From contig JANRKO010000006.1 in NCBI GenBank assembly GCA_033763455.1, positions 128,001 to 192,000 of the forward strand: a DNA stretch of 64,000 nt. Direction: 5' to 3'. The notes under the pieces are model-generated. The model was not told the origin of the DNA and did no database searches. It was given only the letters and a program-made list of their open reading frames with translations. A program made the position numbers and the translations under genes. Within the stretch, counting starts at the first letter, position 1; each line of letters opens with the position of its first letter. Source of the stretch: Polyangiaceae bacterium (GTDB lineage Bacteria > Myxococcota_A > Polyangia > Polyangiales > Polyangiaceae). Shown in pieces: positions 17,520-27,911 of the stretch.

Positions 17520-19400
17520 CTACTTGAGCGTGAGCACGTAAGGCGAAAGCGCAAGCACTTGATCGCCGCGGGCCATCGCGTTGACTGCGTTGAGATAAGG
17601 CCGGAGCTCTTCGGGCACGGCTTCGGCGAGGGAGCTCTGACGGGCGATAAAGCCGCGCAGGCGCGCCTCCGCTTCGTCCGCATCCGGCGCGTCCCCATGG
17701 AACAAAAGATCGAGCCAGCTTTCGCTGAGGCCTTCAAACGATACTGGGGCTCCCTCAGGCAAGCCTGCGAGGCGTCGAGCCGCGACGATCGAATCTTCAA
17801 GCCCACCGAATTCGTCCACCAGCCCGCGTTCCAGACCCTGCACGCCGCTCCAGATGCGGCCTTCGGCGCTCATGGCGATGAGCTCAACGGGCTTCTTTCG
17901 ACCCTCAGACACTCGCTTTAAGAAAAGATCGTAGACTGTAAGGATTTGTGCACGCACGCGCTCCTTCATCACATCGTTCCAGGGCGTAAGCAACGATAGG
18001 TACGCCGCTCGCGCTTCGGCATCGGGACGGGGGCTAGCAGGGAACGTAAGCGCATGGACTCCGAACTGCTCAAGCGCCTGGTTGACGCTGAATTTTCCGC
18101 CGACAACTCCGATCGAGCCCACGATGCTGGAACGGGGAGCAATGATACGGTTGCAGCCGGAAGCGATGTAGTAGCCACCGCTCGCCGCCATGGCGCCTAT
18201 CGATGCCACCACAGGCTTCCTTTGCCGCAACGCCATCACGTCTTTCCAGATAAGGTCGCTGGCCAGCGCTGAGCCACCTGGAGAGTCAATGCGTAGAACA
18301 ACAGCTTTTACGGCATCGTTGTCCTTGAGCCTCTGCAGCGTCTTGTGCATGGCGTTCGCCGTAATGCCCTGGCTCTCGAAAGTTCCCCCGCCCGCCATGG
18401 AAATGCTGCCCACCGTGGGCACGAGCGCCACTCTAGGCGTGGAATCGAGCTCTGCGGGTTGATTCATGAGGCTTCGAAGGAGCCGCACCAACGGCTGCCC
18501 GCCTACCCCCTTTACGTGGGGGCCGAACCGCGCCTCAACGGCTGTGGTTTTGGTTTGCAGTTTGAGCGCGGAAAGTGCTTCTGGCGCATAGCCGATTTGA
18601 TCGACCAAGCCGCGAGCTACGGCCTCCCCCGGCGTGAACGGCCCACTCTCGAAATCCTCGGCGAGGTTCTTCGCGCGGGTGCGCTCGCGCGCAGATTCGC
18701 CGAGCCAGGCCTCACGGATTGAGCGGAGCGTAACCAGCAACGATTCGCGTGCTTCGTCGGTGGGGCCGTTCCGCGTGAAGGTCTCTGCGAAGCTCTTGAA
18801 TTTGCCCGCGCTCACAAAATCTGCCTGAACACCTACCTTCGTAAGCAGATCACCCAGGTAAACGGACTGGCCAGCTAGCCCAATTGTTTCGAGGCTTCCC
18901 GCTGGACTCATCCAAATCGAATCGCAACCTTTGGCCACGAGCCAAGCGCTTTGATTGCCAAGGCTGTGGGCGTGACAAGTTACCGGCACACGCAGCGCCT
19001 TAAGGAGCGCACCTAGCTCCTCGGCATGAGCGAAATCCATTGGGCTCTCCCCCAGCTCAACGAGAACGCCTCGAACCTCACCGTCGCGGCGCAGCTCTTC
19101 AAGCTTCCTTACGAGACCAAAGTAGGTTGCCTCCACGGACGCCGGCAACAGCCCTCCACTGCCTGCGGCTTCGGGCAAGCCGCGTGTAAGGTCGAGCGAA
19201 GCGATGCGGGGCACGCCGGTTGGCAAGGCCTTCTGCCCGGACTCATTGGCACCGTCAGGCAAGCCGAGGGCTCGTGGGCGACCGCCACAGGCCGAGCCGA
19301 GGCAAAGGGCGCACAGTCCCGCAATAAGGGAAAATTTACGCGGCATAGAGCCAGAGGGAAGCATGGCGTTGCGATGTGCACCATGGCGCGCCCGCATCAC
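17520..19400 (-). CDS. sppA: Signal peptide peptidase SppA (protease IV, long form)
   Basis: GKFKS; LRIDSPGGSALAS; AASGGYYIA; VGSIGV; EGRIWSG. Confidence 0.93.
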   Translation of the reverse strand: MMRARHGAHRNAMLPSGSMPRKFSLIAGLCALCLGSACGGRPRALGLPDGANESGQKALPTGVPRIASLDLTRGLPEAAGSGGLLPASVEATYFGLVRKLEELRRDGEVRGVLVELGESPMDFAHAEELGALLKALRVPVTCHAHSLGNQSAWLVAKGCDSIWMSPAGSLETIGLAGQSVYLGDLLTKVGVQADFVSAGKFKSFAETFTRNGPTDEARESLLVTLRSIREAWLGESARERTRAKNLAEDFESGPFTPGEAVARGLVDQIGYAPEALSALKLQTKTTAVEARFGPHVKGVGGQPLVRLLRSLMNQPAELDSTPRVALVPTVGSISMAGGGTFESQGITANAMHKTLQRLKDNDAVKAVVLRIDSPGGSALASDLIWKDVMALRQRKPVVASIGAMAASGGYYIASGCNRIIAPRSSIVGSIGVVGGKFSVNQALEQFGVHALTFPASPRPDAEARAAYLSLLTPWNDVMKERVRAQILTVYDLFLKRVSEGRKKPVELIAMSAEGRIWSGVQGLERGLVDEFGGLEDSIVAARRLAGLPEGAPVSFEGLSESWLDLLFHGDAPDADEAEARLRGFIARQSSLAEAVPEELRPYLNAVNAMARGDQVLALSPYVLTLK

Positions 19401-21613
19401 GGACGTGCTCCGGGCAAATCCGAGGTGTCGACGGGGGTCGGCGTGGACTCGGGTGTGCTCGCCGGCGAGGGCGCCGGGACGGGTGTGGGGGGCGTGGGTG
19501 GCGGGGCGCTCCCGGCTTCATCCAGCCGCGCCTGTGCTCGTTTGCCGTAGGAGCTGGTTGGGCCCACCTGGTCCACGACTCGCCGGTAGATGGAGAGAGC
19601 GGCACCGCGGTTGCCGTTTTGCCACTGGTAGTCCGCACTGCCAATCATGGCGGGTAGGTAATTGGGGTTGATGTCGAGAACCTGTTGGTAGAGTTGGGCT
19701 GCGCGGGCGTTGTCGCCGCGTCGTTTGGCTACGTCTGCCCGCCCAGCTAGCGCCTCGGTATTTCCCGGTTGGCCACTCAGTACGTCTGTGTAGAGGCGAT
19801 CAGCCCGTTCGACGTCGCCGGAGCTTAACGCTTTGCTTGCCTGCTGGAGCTTGTCTTGAAAATTCTGCCCGCCCGGCGCTGGGCTTGACGGTTGGCTTGC
19901 TTCGGTGTTCGCAGGCAGGGCTCCCTCTGCCGGGCCGGAGTTCGCCCCAGGTGGGCTCGTGGGCATTGCTGAGGCTTTGCCGCCTGCAACGAACGCCGCT
20001 AGTGCCACGGCCAGTGGGTGCGATGGCAATAGGTGCGGGAGCTCTGCGCGCGCTTCATCGTGGAGCTTTGCTTGCACCAGTGCGTAAATCAGCGCGGCTT
20101 GAGCTCGCCCAAGAGCACCCTCACCCAACGCGGCGCTTCGCAGACGTTGCACCACACTAGCCCATTCGGGTTTGGGTTCGGCGAGGTCCAAGGCTGCCAG
20201 CACATATGCGCTTTCTTCCGCTCCAGCGTTCGCCCCCCCCAACTTGACCACCAGGGCACGCGCGGATTGCAGTTGTCCGCGCATCCGCAAAACGTCGATT
20301 TGCGCTCGCAGCACCGCCACGTCTGAGCTTGCTGGCTGGGCGCGTGCAATGGCGGCATCGGCTTTGGAGAGCCGGGCCTCAAGCTCGCGTTGGGTGGCCT
20401 CGACGAAAACCCGATTCTCCGGATCTAACAGGCGCAGCTTGAGCCATTCAATGTCTGCGCGTACGGCTTCAAGTTCTGCTCGTGCGCCCAGCGCCTCCGC
20501 ATCTTTTTCGGACAGGCCAAGCGCCTGATCGATCTGCTCTTTGGCGGATTCAAGGTCGCCCTTACGGAGGAGTGCCTTGGCGCGATCGAGGAGCGTTCGC
20601 ACCTTGCCGCGGCTATCGTCCCCTGCGGGTACTGGGCCATCAGCCACGGGGAGCACATATTTTTTCCCCACTGTGAGGGCCAAAAATCCGAGCACGGCCA
20701 AGAGCACGAGCGCGAAGAGCCAGCGTAGGGACGTGTTCCGTGGCGCAACTCCGGGGATTTCACTCGGTCGCTGTTCGAGGTCTAAATTGCGGAGCGCCTT
20801 CGTGTGCGAGCGCGCGGGGTCCGCGTGAAGCGGCGCCTGACCTTCGGGCAGCGTGCGCGAAAACGGCGAGCGATCGCTTGGTCCTTCTGAAGGTTGAGCG
20901 TTAACAGCAGTGGCATACGCAATTTCTTTGGGGGCAGCGTTGGGATCGGGGAGCGCGCTTGGATAACGTTGGGTGCCCGCTGCTCCCGTTGTGGTTGGCG
21001 GGCCGCCATCCTGGGATGCAACCACATTGCTATATAGGGCGGGTTTGGTACTGCCGACGCGCGGCGCAGGAACCGGCGCGTGATCTTGCAGTGCTCGCCC
21101 GGCGGTTTGGAAAACCTCCGGGCGAGCCCCACTCGGCTGCTTTTGGGAGCTTGCTGCGCTCACCTGGGTGTCCGGCTCCTGGGATACTGGGCGTGGCGGG
21201 GCAAGCTCGGTGCTGGGAGGGCTTTCCAGTGCCGAAGCTGGCGGGGCGACGCCATGCAGAGTATTCGTCTTCTTGCTATCGGGCTTTACTGTGTCGCCCT
21301 TGTTGCGGAAGAAACCTTCAAGCTCCGCAATTGAACGCAAGGGCTTGGGCGCGTGGTTACCCCGGGAAAGAAAGTCATCGGAAGTGACGTGACCGCCGGA
21401 GATGGCTTTTTGGAGATCCTTCAGCGAAGTAAAAGAAAGCTCCTGACCACCACGCGTGCGTACGAGCCATTGCTCTGGTGCCCCGTGCCCCTGCTGGGGA
21501 AAGATTTTAAACTGATGCCCGCAATTGGTGCACTTGACGGTCGTGCCTCGCTCAGAAATCAGCGAGTCGTCAAACTCGTAATCGGTAGCGCATCGAGGGC
21601 AACGGACATCCAT
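19397..21613 (-). CDS. Zinc-ribbon (MJ0042-type) membrane protein with TPR repeats
   Basis: MDVRCPRCATDY...VKCTNCGHQF from ATG 21613; Pro-rich linker, TM segment, TPRs. Confidence 0.85.
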   Translation of the reverse strand: MDVRCPRCATDYEFDDSLISERGTTVKCTNCGHQFKIFPQQGHGAPEQWLVRTRGGQELSFTSLKDLQKAISGGHVTSDDFLSRGNHAPKPLRSIAELEGFFRNKGDTVKPDSKKTNTLHGVAPPASALESPPSTELAPPRPVSQEPDTQVSAASSQKQPSGARPEVFQTAGRALQDHAPVPAPRVGSTKPALYSNVVASQDGGPPTTTGAAGTQRYPSALPDPNAAPKEIAYATAVNAQPSEGPSDRSPFSRTLPEGQAPLHADPARSHTKALRNLDLEQRPSEIPGVAPRNTSLRWLFALVLLAVLGFLALTVGKKYVLPVADGPVPAGDDSRGKVRTLLDRAKALLRKGDLESAKEQIDQALGLSEKDAEALGARAELEAVRADIEWLKLRLLDPENRVFVEATQRELEARLSKADAAIARAQPASSDVAVLRAQIDVLRMRGQLQSARALVVKLGGANAGAEESAYVLAALDLAEPKPEWASVVQRLRSAALGEGALGRAQAALIYALVQAKLHDEARAELPHLLPSHPLAVALAAFVAGGKASAMPTSPPGANSGPAEGALPANTEASQPSSPAPGGQNFQDKLQQASKALSSGDVERADRLYTDVLSGQPGNTEALAGRADVAKRRGDNARAAQLYQQVLDINPNYLPAMIGSADYQWQNGNRGAALSIYRRVVDQVGPTSSYGKRAQARLDEAGSAPPPTPPTPVPAPSPASTPESTPTPVDTSDLPGARP

Positions 21614-21656
21614 TGGAAACGGCAGAGTGTGGAGAACAAATCGAAGGGAGCGCGCC

Positions 21657-22271
21657 TTATTTGATGATTCGCAGGTACGGCGGCAATGGCTTTTTGGTTC
21701 CTGGCGGGGCACTTCGCGGCACTTCTGCCGTAGGCTTAACAGGGGCGGGAGCCTCTGCGATGGCCGCGGCTTGGGCTAGCTTCCTTTCTTTGGCAGCCTC
21801 GCGCTTCTTCTTCGCGGCGGCTGCGCGCTTCGCCTTAACGGCTTCCTGCTTGGATTCCGGCACAGCTACTAGCTTTGGCCCGGGAGGGCGCACTGGCGCG
21901 GGCGGGGCTTTGGGGCGCTCTTCGCTCACTTGGGCCGCTACCTCCGCCGGCACGTCGTCGGGCCACACCATGCCACGGCCGTTGTCTCCAACCATCGCGA
22001 AGATTGCGGACCAAGGGACCACGCAATAGTGGGGGGTTCGGTTGAAACTCAGCGTGCAACTAATTCCGGAGTCATCCACTCGTAGGTCGGTGATGGGTAC
22101 GGGCATGTTGAGGCCAACTTGCAGCACCAACTGCGGCTGTTTGGTAAAAGAAACGGGGACTTGCACGCCCGCCTTTCTCGGATCCAAGTGCAGGTAAACG
22201 CTAGTTTGCTCCAAAAAAGCAAGCGAGACCGCCTGCTTGTCGGGGAGCTCGTTGGTGCGATTCGAGGACAT
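21657..22271 (-). CDS. sspB: ClpXP specificity factor SspB-like protein
   Basis: GVQVP...ISCTLSFNRTPHYCVVPWSAIFA; C-terminal PYLRIIK ClpX-binding-like tail. Confidence 0.85.
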   Translation of the reverse strand: MSSNRTNELPDKQAVSLAFLEQTSVYLHLDPRKAGVQVPVSFTKQPQLVLQVGLNMPVPITDLRVDDSGISCTLSFNRTPHYCVVPWSAIFAMVGDNGRGMVWPDDVPAEVAAQVSEERPKAPPAPVRPPGPKLVAVPESKQEAVKAKRAAAAKKKREAAKERKLAQAAAIAEAPAPVKPTAEVPRSAPPGTKKPLPPYLRIIK

Positions 22272-22320
22272 ACCAAGCGACGTAATAGCCAAACCAGGAG
22301 ACAAAGGCCAGGCAACTCCC

Positions 22321-22851
22321 TCAATCTGGTAGGTCCCTTGCCTTCCAGAACTGCTCAAGCGTGAGCCGTGTTCCGATCCGAACCGTCGAAAACCCTGGCT
22401 CTGGCACGAGGAGGCACGCGAGCGCCGCGGTAGGCATGTGTTCCTCCCGGCCAATCAGAGAGGACAAAAGCGTTTCGATCCCTGGATTGTGCCCGATCAT
22501 CAGCACCTGTCGGGCTTGCCCACACCATTTGCCGAGCATGTCCACGTAGGCTTGCGGCTCGGCTAGGTAAAGCTCCGGTAACGCGTGCGCCGGTCCGGTG
22601 TAGTTGCAGGCCCGGCACACGAGCTCCCCTGTGGAGATGGCGCGGCGGGCCGTCGAGGTGAGCACTAGATCGGGGATCAACCCAGTGTCGGCAAGGAGCT
22701 CACCGACGCGGGCTGCGGCGTCGCGACCCCGAGCGTTCAGAGGCCGATCGTGGTCCAACATTCCGGGCTCAGCCCAGCTCGATTTAGCATGTCGGAGGAG
22801 AAGAAGCTTCCAGGGCGCTCCGTTCGCTGGGGGGGCATCGTGGCGGGCCAT
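22321..22851 (-). CDS. sixA: Phosphohistidine phosphatase SixA-like
   Basis: LLRHAKSSW...DHDRPLN.RG; GHNPG; MPTA. Confidence 0.9.
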   Translation of the reverse strand: MARHDAPPANGAPWKLLLLRHAKSSWAEPGMLDHDRPLNARGRDAAARVGELLADTGLIPDLVLTSTARRAISTGELVCRACNYTGPAHALPELYLAEPQAYVDMLGKWCGQARQVLMIGHNPGIETLLSSLIGREEHMPTAALACLLVPEPGFSTVRIGTRLTLEQFWKARDLPD

Positions 22852-22942
22852 GTCTCAATAGTCCGCCGCCTGAGGCGTAGTGGCAATGTCTCAGGGAGGC
22901 GGTCGCCGGCTATGCTAGGTTGGGCGCGAAACGGGAGGCCGT

Positions 22943-23641
22943 GTGGTCGCGAGGATTCTGGTAGTAGAGGATGAGCCTGCCATCTTGGAGTCGGTTGCCT
23001 ACGCACTGGAGCGCGAGGGGTTTCTGGTGGACCAAGCTGGCACCCTGTCCGTTGCTGAACAATGCGTCGACCGAGCCGATCTAGTCCTGCTGGACCTCAT
23101 GCTTCCCGACGGAAGCGGGTTTACCCTGATAAGCTCGCTCAGGCGCGCTTCGAAGCTCACCCCCATCATTGTTCTGAGCAGCCGGGATGCCGAAGCTGAT
23201 CGTGTAACGGCCCTAGAAGCGGGTGCGGATGACTACGTCACAAAGCCCTTTTCTCCCCGCGAAGTGGTGGCACGGGTGCGCGCCGTACTTCGCCGCGTGG
23301 TGCTTGCGGGTGCGCCTCCTGGGGATGTCGGACCACTGGTGGTGGACGTGGAAACGCGCCGCGCCAAAGTGTTAGGGCGAATGTTGGACCTTACGCGGGT
23401 TGAGTTTGATGTGTTGGCGTGTTTGCTCCGGGCCCAAGGCAAAGTGTACACGCGCGAGCAACTGATCGACGAGGTATGGGGAGATGGCTTCGCGATAACG
23501 GATCGCACGATCGATTCCCACGTCAAATCCTTAAGGCGCAAGCTTGGCGAGGCTGGGGCCCATCCGGGCTTGATAGAAACTGTGCGGGGCGTGGGTTACC
23601 GCGTCACCTTCGAGCCTAGCGCTGTGAGCCCCGCGCCTTGA
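22943..23641 (+). CDS. OmpR-family response regulator (CreB-like)
   Basis: VEDE, LDLMLPD, GADDYVTKPFSPRE, DRTIDSHVKSLRRKL, IETVRGVGY. Confidence 0.92.
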   Translation: MVARILVVEDEPAILESVAYALEREGFLVDQAGTLSVAEQCVDRADLVLLDLMLPDGSGFTLISSLRRASKLTPIIVLSSRDAEADRVTALEAGADDYVTKPFSPREVVARVRAVLRRVVLAGAPPGDVGPLVVDVETRRAKVLGRMLDLTRVEFDVLACLLRAQGKVYTREQLIDEVWGDGFAITDRTIDSHVKSLRRKLGEAGAHPGLIETVRGVGYRVTFEPSAVSPAP

Positions 23642-25029
23642 GTCGCCTAGTAGTTGTTGCCGTAGCAGCCATTGGGCTGATCCTGTTCGTTGCGTTCGTG
23701 ATTGCTCGCCTCGTGCGCACCCGCACGCGCGGGATGTCGATTCGCATGCAGGTGTTTCTCGCTCTTGCCTTTATTGTTGGCACATTCTCGCTTGGCCTCG
23801 GCCTTCTGGTGCTCGACCGGATTGAAGCTCGCGCGGTGCGAGTGGCCACGTTTGCTGCCGAAGAGCAGGCAAAGATGATTGCGGCCATCATTGAGGGGGA
23901 TCTTGAACGCTCACGAGTCGCGATTGAGCGGGTGGCTAGGCGCTTGGAAGTTGGAAGGCAACCTACCGCAGAGCTTCGGCTCGAATTGCTGGACACTAGC
24001 GGACACCTCCTTTTCCCTTCAGGGGCAAAGAGTGCCGAAGGCACGCCGGGTACTGTATCGTACGACGCACCGGTGAAGCTCAAGGGTCGTAACATCGGCG
24101 TGGTAAGGGTTGTAAAACCAACACTTGAGATCAGACGCTTGCTAGCTGATTTGGCCCCCACGGTGCTCGTGATCAGCCTGGTGCTGGGCGCAGCTGCGGC
24201 CCTTGCTGCGGCGTGGATTGGGCGCGCAATTGCTCAGCCGATCGAGGCGCTCAGCGATTTTGCGGAAAGCGTCAGCCTCGGTGAGCGTACCCAAGTTCCG
24301 AATTCCGTCTTCGGTCGCGAGGTGAAGCGCTTGGTTCAGTCGATCGACTCCATGCGACGCCAGCTCGAAGGCCGCCCGTTCGTTGAAACGTTCGCAGCCG
24401 ATCTATCCCACGAGCTCAAAAATCCGGTGGCTGCGATTTTAGCGAGCGCTGAGGTATTGGAAGAAGGTGCGATTGATGAGCCCACCTTGGCTCGGCAGTT
24501 TGTCGGCCGGATTCGCGAAGCCGCAAGTCGCATTGATCGATTGCTGCGCGATCTAGTGAGCCTTGCTCGCATCGAGGCCCGTGGGGTAGAGGCGCTCGGC
24601 TCGGTGGATATGGCCGGCGTCACCCGCAGTGTGGTCGAAGCCCTTGGGGACGCCCAGCAAAGAGTCGAGTTCGTCGCCATGAATGAGCTGTGCGTGCGTG
24701 GAGACGAGAGCTGGCTTGGGCGTGCCGTGTTCAACTTGGTGGATAACGCGCTAGTGCACTCAGCAACGGGAGCTCGTGTCCGAGTACGAGTCCAACGCGA
24801 AGAGGGCGGGGTGCTTGTTGCCGTCACCAATCCGGGGGCGATTAGCAAACACGTCCGCGGGCAACTCTTTCGGCGCTTCGTTACGACGCGTGCCGACAAG
24901 GGGGGCTCAGGCCTTGGGTTGGCCATTGCCAGGGCGGTGGCGGAAGCACACGGCGGGCGGCTTGAGCTCCAGGTGAATGGGCCCCCGGATGTCACGTTCG
25001 GGCTTTGGTTACCTGATCCCTCACCCTAG
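23638..25029 (+). CDS. Sensor histidine kinase (CreC-like)
   Basis: TM segments, HAMP, SHELKNP H-box, NLVDNA, GSGLGLAIA. Confidence 0.92.
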   Translation: MSRLVVVAVAAIGLILFVAFVIARLVRTRTRGMSIRMQVFLALAFIVGTFSLGLGLLVLDRIEARAVRVATFAAEEQAKMIAAIIEGDLERSRVAIERVARRLEVGRQPTAELRLELLDTSGHLLFPSGAKSAEGTPGTVSYDAPVKLKGRNIGVVRVVKPTLEIRRLLADLAPTVLVISLVLGAAAALAAAWIGRAIAQPIEALSDFAESVSLGERTQVPNSVFGREVKRLVQSIDSMRRQLEGRPFVETFAADLSHELKNPVAAILASAEVLEEGAIDEPTLARQFVGRIREAASRIDRLLRDLVSLARIEARGVEALGSVDMAGVTRSVVEALGDAQQRVEFVAMNELCVRGDESWLGRAVFNLVDNALVHSATGARVRVRVQREEGGVLVAVTNPGAISKHVRGQLFRRFVTTRADKGGSGLGLAIARAVAEAHGGRLELQVNGPPDVTFGLWLPDPSP

Positions 25030-25233
25030 ACTAGGAGGAGAGCTGCGATGTTTGGGGGTGTTGAGCCCCACCCTTGGCCCGAAATCCCCGAAACCTCCAC
25101 AGTATGGGCCACCCAAAGAGCCAGAGCTTCTGGCAAGCTCCCGCACTTGCAGGCACCGGCCAACTGCCGGCTCGCTCTGAGCTTAGCTTCAAGGAGTATG
25201 CGCGTGGGTGATAAGCAGCAGGGGTTAGGGGCG

Positions 25234-26034
25234 ATGAGAACTGGTAGCGGCGACTCGTTGGTGAACGCGAGCAAGGCTGAGTTGCCGCGTCACATAGCTA
25301 TCATTATGGACGGCAACGGCCGTTGGGCTAAGGCACGTGGCCTCGAACGCGTGGAGGGCCATGCCGAAGGCGCGCGCGCCGTGCGTGAAACTGTAGAATC
25401 ATGCGCTAAGCTTGGCGTGCAGTTTCTTACGCTCTACGCCTTTAGCGTCGCTAACTGGGCTCGGCCCCCGCGCGAAGTTCAGGCCCTGATGAAGCTTCTG
25501 GTGTACTTTGCCAACAGGGAAAAAGAGGATCTTCGTAACAATGGTGTACGCGTGCGCGTGGTCGGCAACCTTGATGATTTGCCCCTCTTGACCCGCCATT
25601 CGGTGGAAGAGCTCATGGCTTACACTGCCGATTGTCAGGGAATGACGCTTTCTTTGGCGCTTTCCTACGGTGGCCGCAAAGATATCGTGGATGCGGCCCG
25701 CGCTCTGGCAGCGAAGGCCCGTGCTGGGCTCTTATTGCCCGAGGACATTGATGAAGCATCGTTTCAGCGCGAAATGTCCACGGAAGCACTCCCCAATGTG
25801 GATTTACTGATCCGTACGGGCGGGGAAACTCGCGTGAGTGATTTCTTGCTGTTTGAGTCCGCCTACGCGGAATTCGTGTTCCTGCCCATCATGTGGCCCG
25901 AGTTCGACGCCAAAGCGCTCGGTTTGGCGCTCGACATCTACGCAGGCAAAGAGCGCCGATTCGGGCTAACTTCCGAGCAAGTGCAGCGGAGCGTCCATTC
26001 ATTCGACCCGCCTGATTTACTTGCCGCCCAATAA
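25234..26034 (+). CDS. uppS: Undecaprenyl diphosphate synthase
   Basis: PRHIAIIMDGNGRWA, LYAFS..NW.RP, YGGR, DLLIRTGGE.RVSDFLL, ERRFG; start uncertain. Confidence 0.95.
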   Translation: MRTGSGDSLVNASKAELPRHIAIIMDGNGRWAKARGLERVEGHAEGARAVRETVESCAKLGVQFLTLYAFSVANWARPPREVQALMKLLVYFANREKEDLRNNGVRVRVVGNLDDLPLLTRHSVEELMAYTADCQGMTLSLALSYGGRKDIVDAARALAAKARAGLLLPEDIDEASFQREMSTEALPNVDLLIRTGGETRVSDFLLFESAYAEFVFLPIMWPEFDAKALGLALDIYAGKERRFGLTSEQVQRSVHSFDPPDLLAAQ

Positions 26035-26090
26035 CGGCCGAGCTGGGCACCTCCCCGGGGGAGGTGCTCAGGATCGTCCTTGCTCAGCAA

Positions 26091-27029
26091 TTACCGGATT
26101 TGAAGTAACTCAACGTCGAACACGAGCGTGCCAGCGGGAGCTCCAGGCCGCTGCGGCTTGTCGCCGTACGCCAGGCTGCCGGGGATCCAGAACCGAACTT
26201 TTTCGCCCTCGACCATGAGCTGAACGCCTTCGGTCCAACCCTTGATGACCTGATCCAAGCGGAAGCTTGTCGGGGCGCCGCGGGCGACCGAAGAATCGAA
26301 CATCTTGCCGTCTGTTGTCCAGCCAGAATAGTGGACGGTAACGGTGCTGGTTGCGGTGGGCTTCGTTTTTCCGGTTCCCTTGGTGAGCACCCGGTAGGCG
26401 AGGCCACTTTTGGTCTTAATCGCAGTTTTCGGGGCGGCCGCTACATCTTCGGGTGTTTTGGGAGCGCTCTTGATCTCCAAAAGCTCCACATCGAACACCA
26501 ACATTCCCGCAGGCGCACCGGCGCGGGGAGATTCGCCGTAGGCTAACGCTCCAGGGATCCAGAAGCGTCGCTTCTCGCCTGTGACCATGAGCTGCAAGCC
26601 TTCGGTCCAGCCCTTGATCACGCCTGTAACGCCGAAAGTGGCGGGCTGTCCGCGCTGGACGGAGCTGTCGAACATCTTGCCGTCCGTGGTCCAACCGGTG
26701 TAGTGCACACTCACGCGGTCACTCAGGGTGGGGTGCTCTTTGCCCGTACCTTTTTGCAACACTTTGGTGGCGAGGCCGCTCGCAGTTTTCTGCGCGTCAG
26801 CGGGCGGCTTGGCAACGTCTGCGGGGGCAGGAATGCCAGTTGGCTCCGGCGGTGTGGGCACTGCGGTGACGGCGGGTGCGACAGTGGCGGTGGCAGCGGC
26901 CGTGGCAGCGGCGGTGTTTTCGCTCGGTTCGGTTTTGGTGTTGCTCATGGTGTCAGCGGGTTGCGTGTCGCACGCAGAAAAGGAGAGGAGCAGAAGCGCG
27001 CAAGCAAGGGTGGAGCTTTTAGCCGTCAT
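26091..27029 (-). CDS. Lipoprotein FKBP-type peptidyl-prolyl isomerase with two FKBP domains
   Basis: FSAC lipobox; VHY(T/S)GWTTDGKMFDSS...VIKGWTEG...LAYG...LVFDVELL twice. Confidence 0.95.
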   Translation of the reverse strand: MTAKSSTLACALLLLSFSACDTQPADTMSNTKTEPSENTAAATAAATATVAPAVTAVPTPPEPTGIPAPADVAKPPADAQKTASGLATKVLQKGTGKEHPTLSDRVSVHYTGWTTDGKMFDSSVQRGQPATFGVTGVIKGWTEGLQLMVTGEKRRFWIPGALAYGESPRAGAPAGMLVFDVELLEIKSAPKTPEDVAAAPKTAIKTKSGLAYRVLTKGTGKTKPTATSTVTVHYSGWTTDGKMFDSSVARGAPTSFRLDQVIKGWTEGVQLMVEGEKVRFWIPGSLAYGDKPQRPGAPAGTLVFDVELLQIR

Positions 27030-27083
27030 GGGCGCCGAGTGTAGTGCTTGCCCTCTAGCGTTTCAATCGGGTGAAGTACGCTA

Positions 27084-27629
27084 TCAATACGCGTATTCGA
27101 TGGTATTGAGGGACTCGACGCGGTCTTTCCATTCGAGCTTGCTGAGCTGTTCCCGCAGGCAACTCTCCAACGTCGCGTTCTTTGGGGTTACCGCGAGGTC
27201 CAGGCCGACGACCTTGCCGTTCCATACAGCGAGGCGGAGCTTGAAGTGTTGAGCTGCAGCCGGCTTGCAGGGAGCGTAAAGATCGGGATTCTGCAAGGGC
27301 GCCGAGAGAACTTCCGGCTCCATATTGAGGCGGGCAACGCCATCGGGCACTGCCCGAGTTGCTTCGTCCACGGACATGCCTGGCTTGAATTCGGGCTGAA
27401 CTCCGACGGGCTTTTCCGCGGTAGGCGGGGCTTCGTCTTCGTCGGCCGCAGGCTTCTCGGTAGGCGGGGCTTTGGCCTTGGGAGCATCGGTGGTTGCTTC
27501 GGTCGCGGGCTCATCCGCAACTTCTTCGGGAGCGTTCGGGGGTGCCGATGGGGCGGCGCCGCAAGCTGACAGGCATAGGCCGGAAACGATGCCGCCGAAG
27601 AACCATAACTTCAATGTGGATGCCCTCAT
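27084..27629 (-). CDS. Hypothetical lipoprotein
   Basis: ATG 27629; LSAC lipobox; Pro/Ala/Glu linker. Confidence 0.7.
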   Translation of the reverse strand: MRASTLKLWFFGGIVSGLCLSACGAAPSAPPNAPEEVADEPATEATTDAPKAKAPPTEKPAADEDEAPPTAEKPVGVQPEFKPGMSVDEATRAVPDGVARLNMEPEVLSAPLQNPDLYAPCKPAAAQHFKLRLAVWNGKVVGLDLAVTPKNATLESCLREQLSKLEWKDRVESLNTIEYAY

Positions 27630-27747
27630 GGCGCCGAAGGCTAGTCGGGTGTGCGATGGGCGTCGAGGGCCCCGTACCGACAAACCTGAGTGAATTGCCA
27701 CCACGGTGGATCGCCTCACGCGGTTGAGGTAAGAGCCGTCCCCGCAA

Positions 27748-27821
27748 GCGCCCGTAGCTCAGCTGGATAGAGCAGTGGATTTCTAATCCACTGGTCGCAG
27801 GTTCGAATCCTGCCGGGCGTG
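27748..27821 (+). tRNA. tRNA-Arg (anticodon UCU), CCA not encoded
   Basis: GCGCCCG/CGGGCGT acceptor stem; D-arm GCTC..GAGC; GTGGA-TTTCTAA-TCCAC anticodon arm; GGTTCGAATCC T-arm. Confidence 0.97.
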
Positions 27822-27837
27822 CTGAGCCGAGCGGTAA

Positions 27838-27899
27838 CTCCCCCCTGACCCCCGCGGAGCGGGGGGATTTGGGGGGAGCGGAGGCCCGGAAGGCCTCCG
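27838..27899. terminator. Two GC-rich hairpins between the convergent tRNA and extensin-like gene
   Basis: CTCCCCCC...CCCCCGC-GGA-GCGGGGG...GGGGGGAG and CGGAGGCC-CGGAA-GGCCTCCG; no U-tract, so function uncertain. Confidence 0.4.
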
Positions 27900-27911
27900 G
27901 AGGGGGGCAGC

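Noticed and set aside
22321..25029. sixA divergent from a two-component pair as a novel phosphorelay
   Set aside because: All are ordinary families and adjacency alone gives no functional link.
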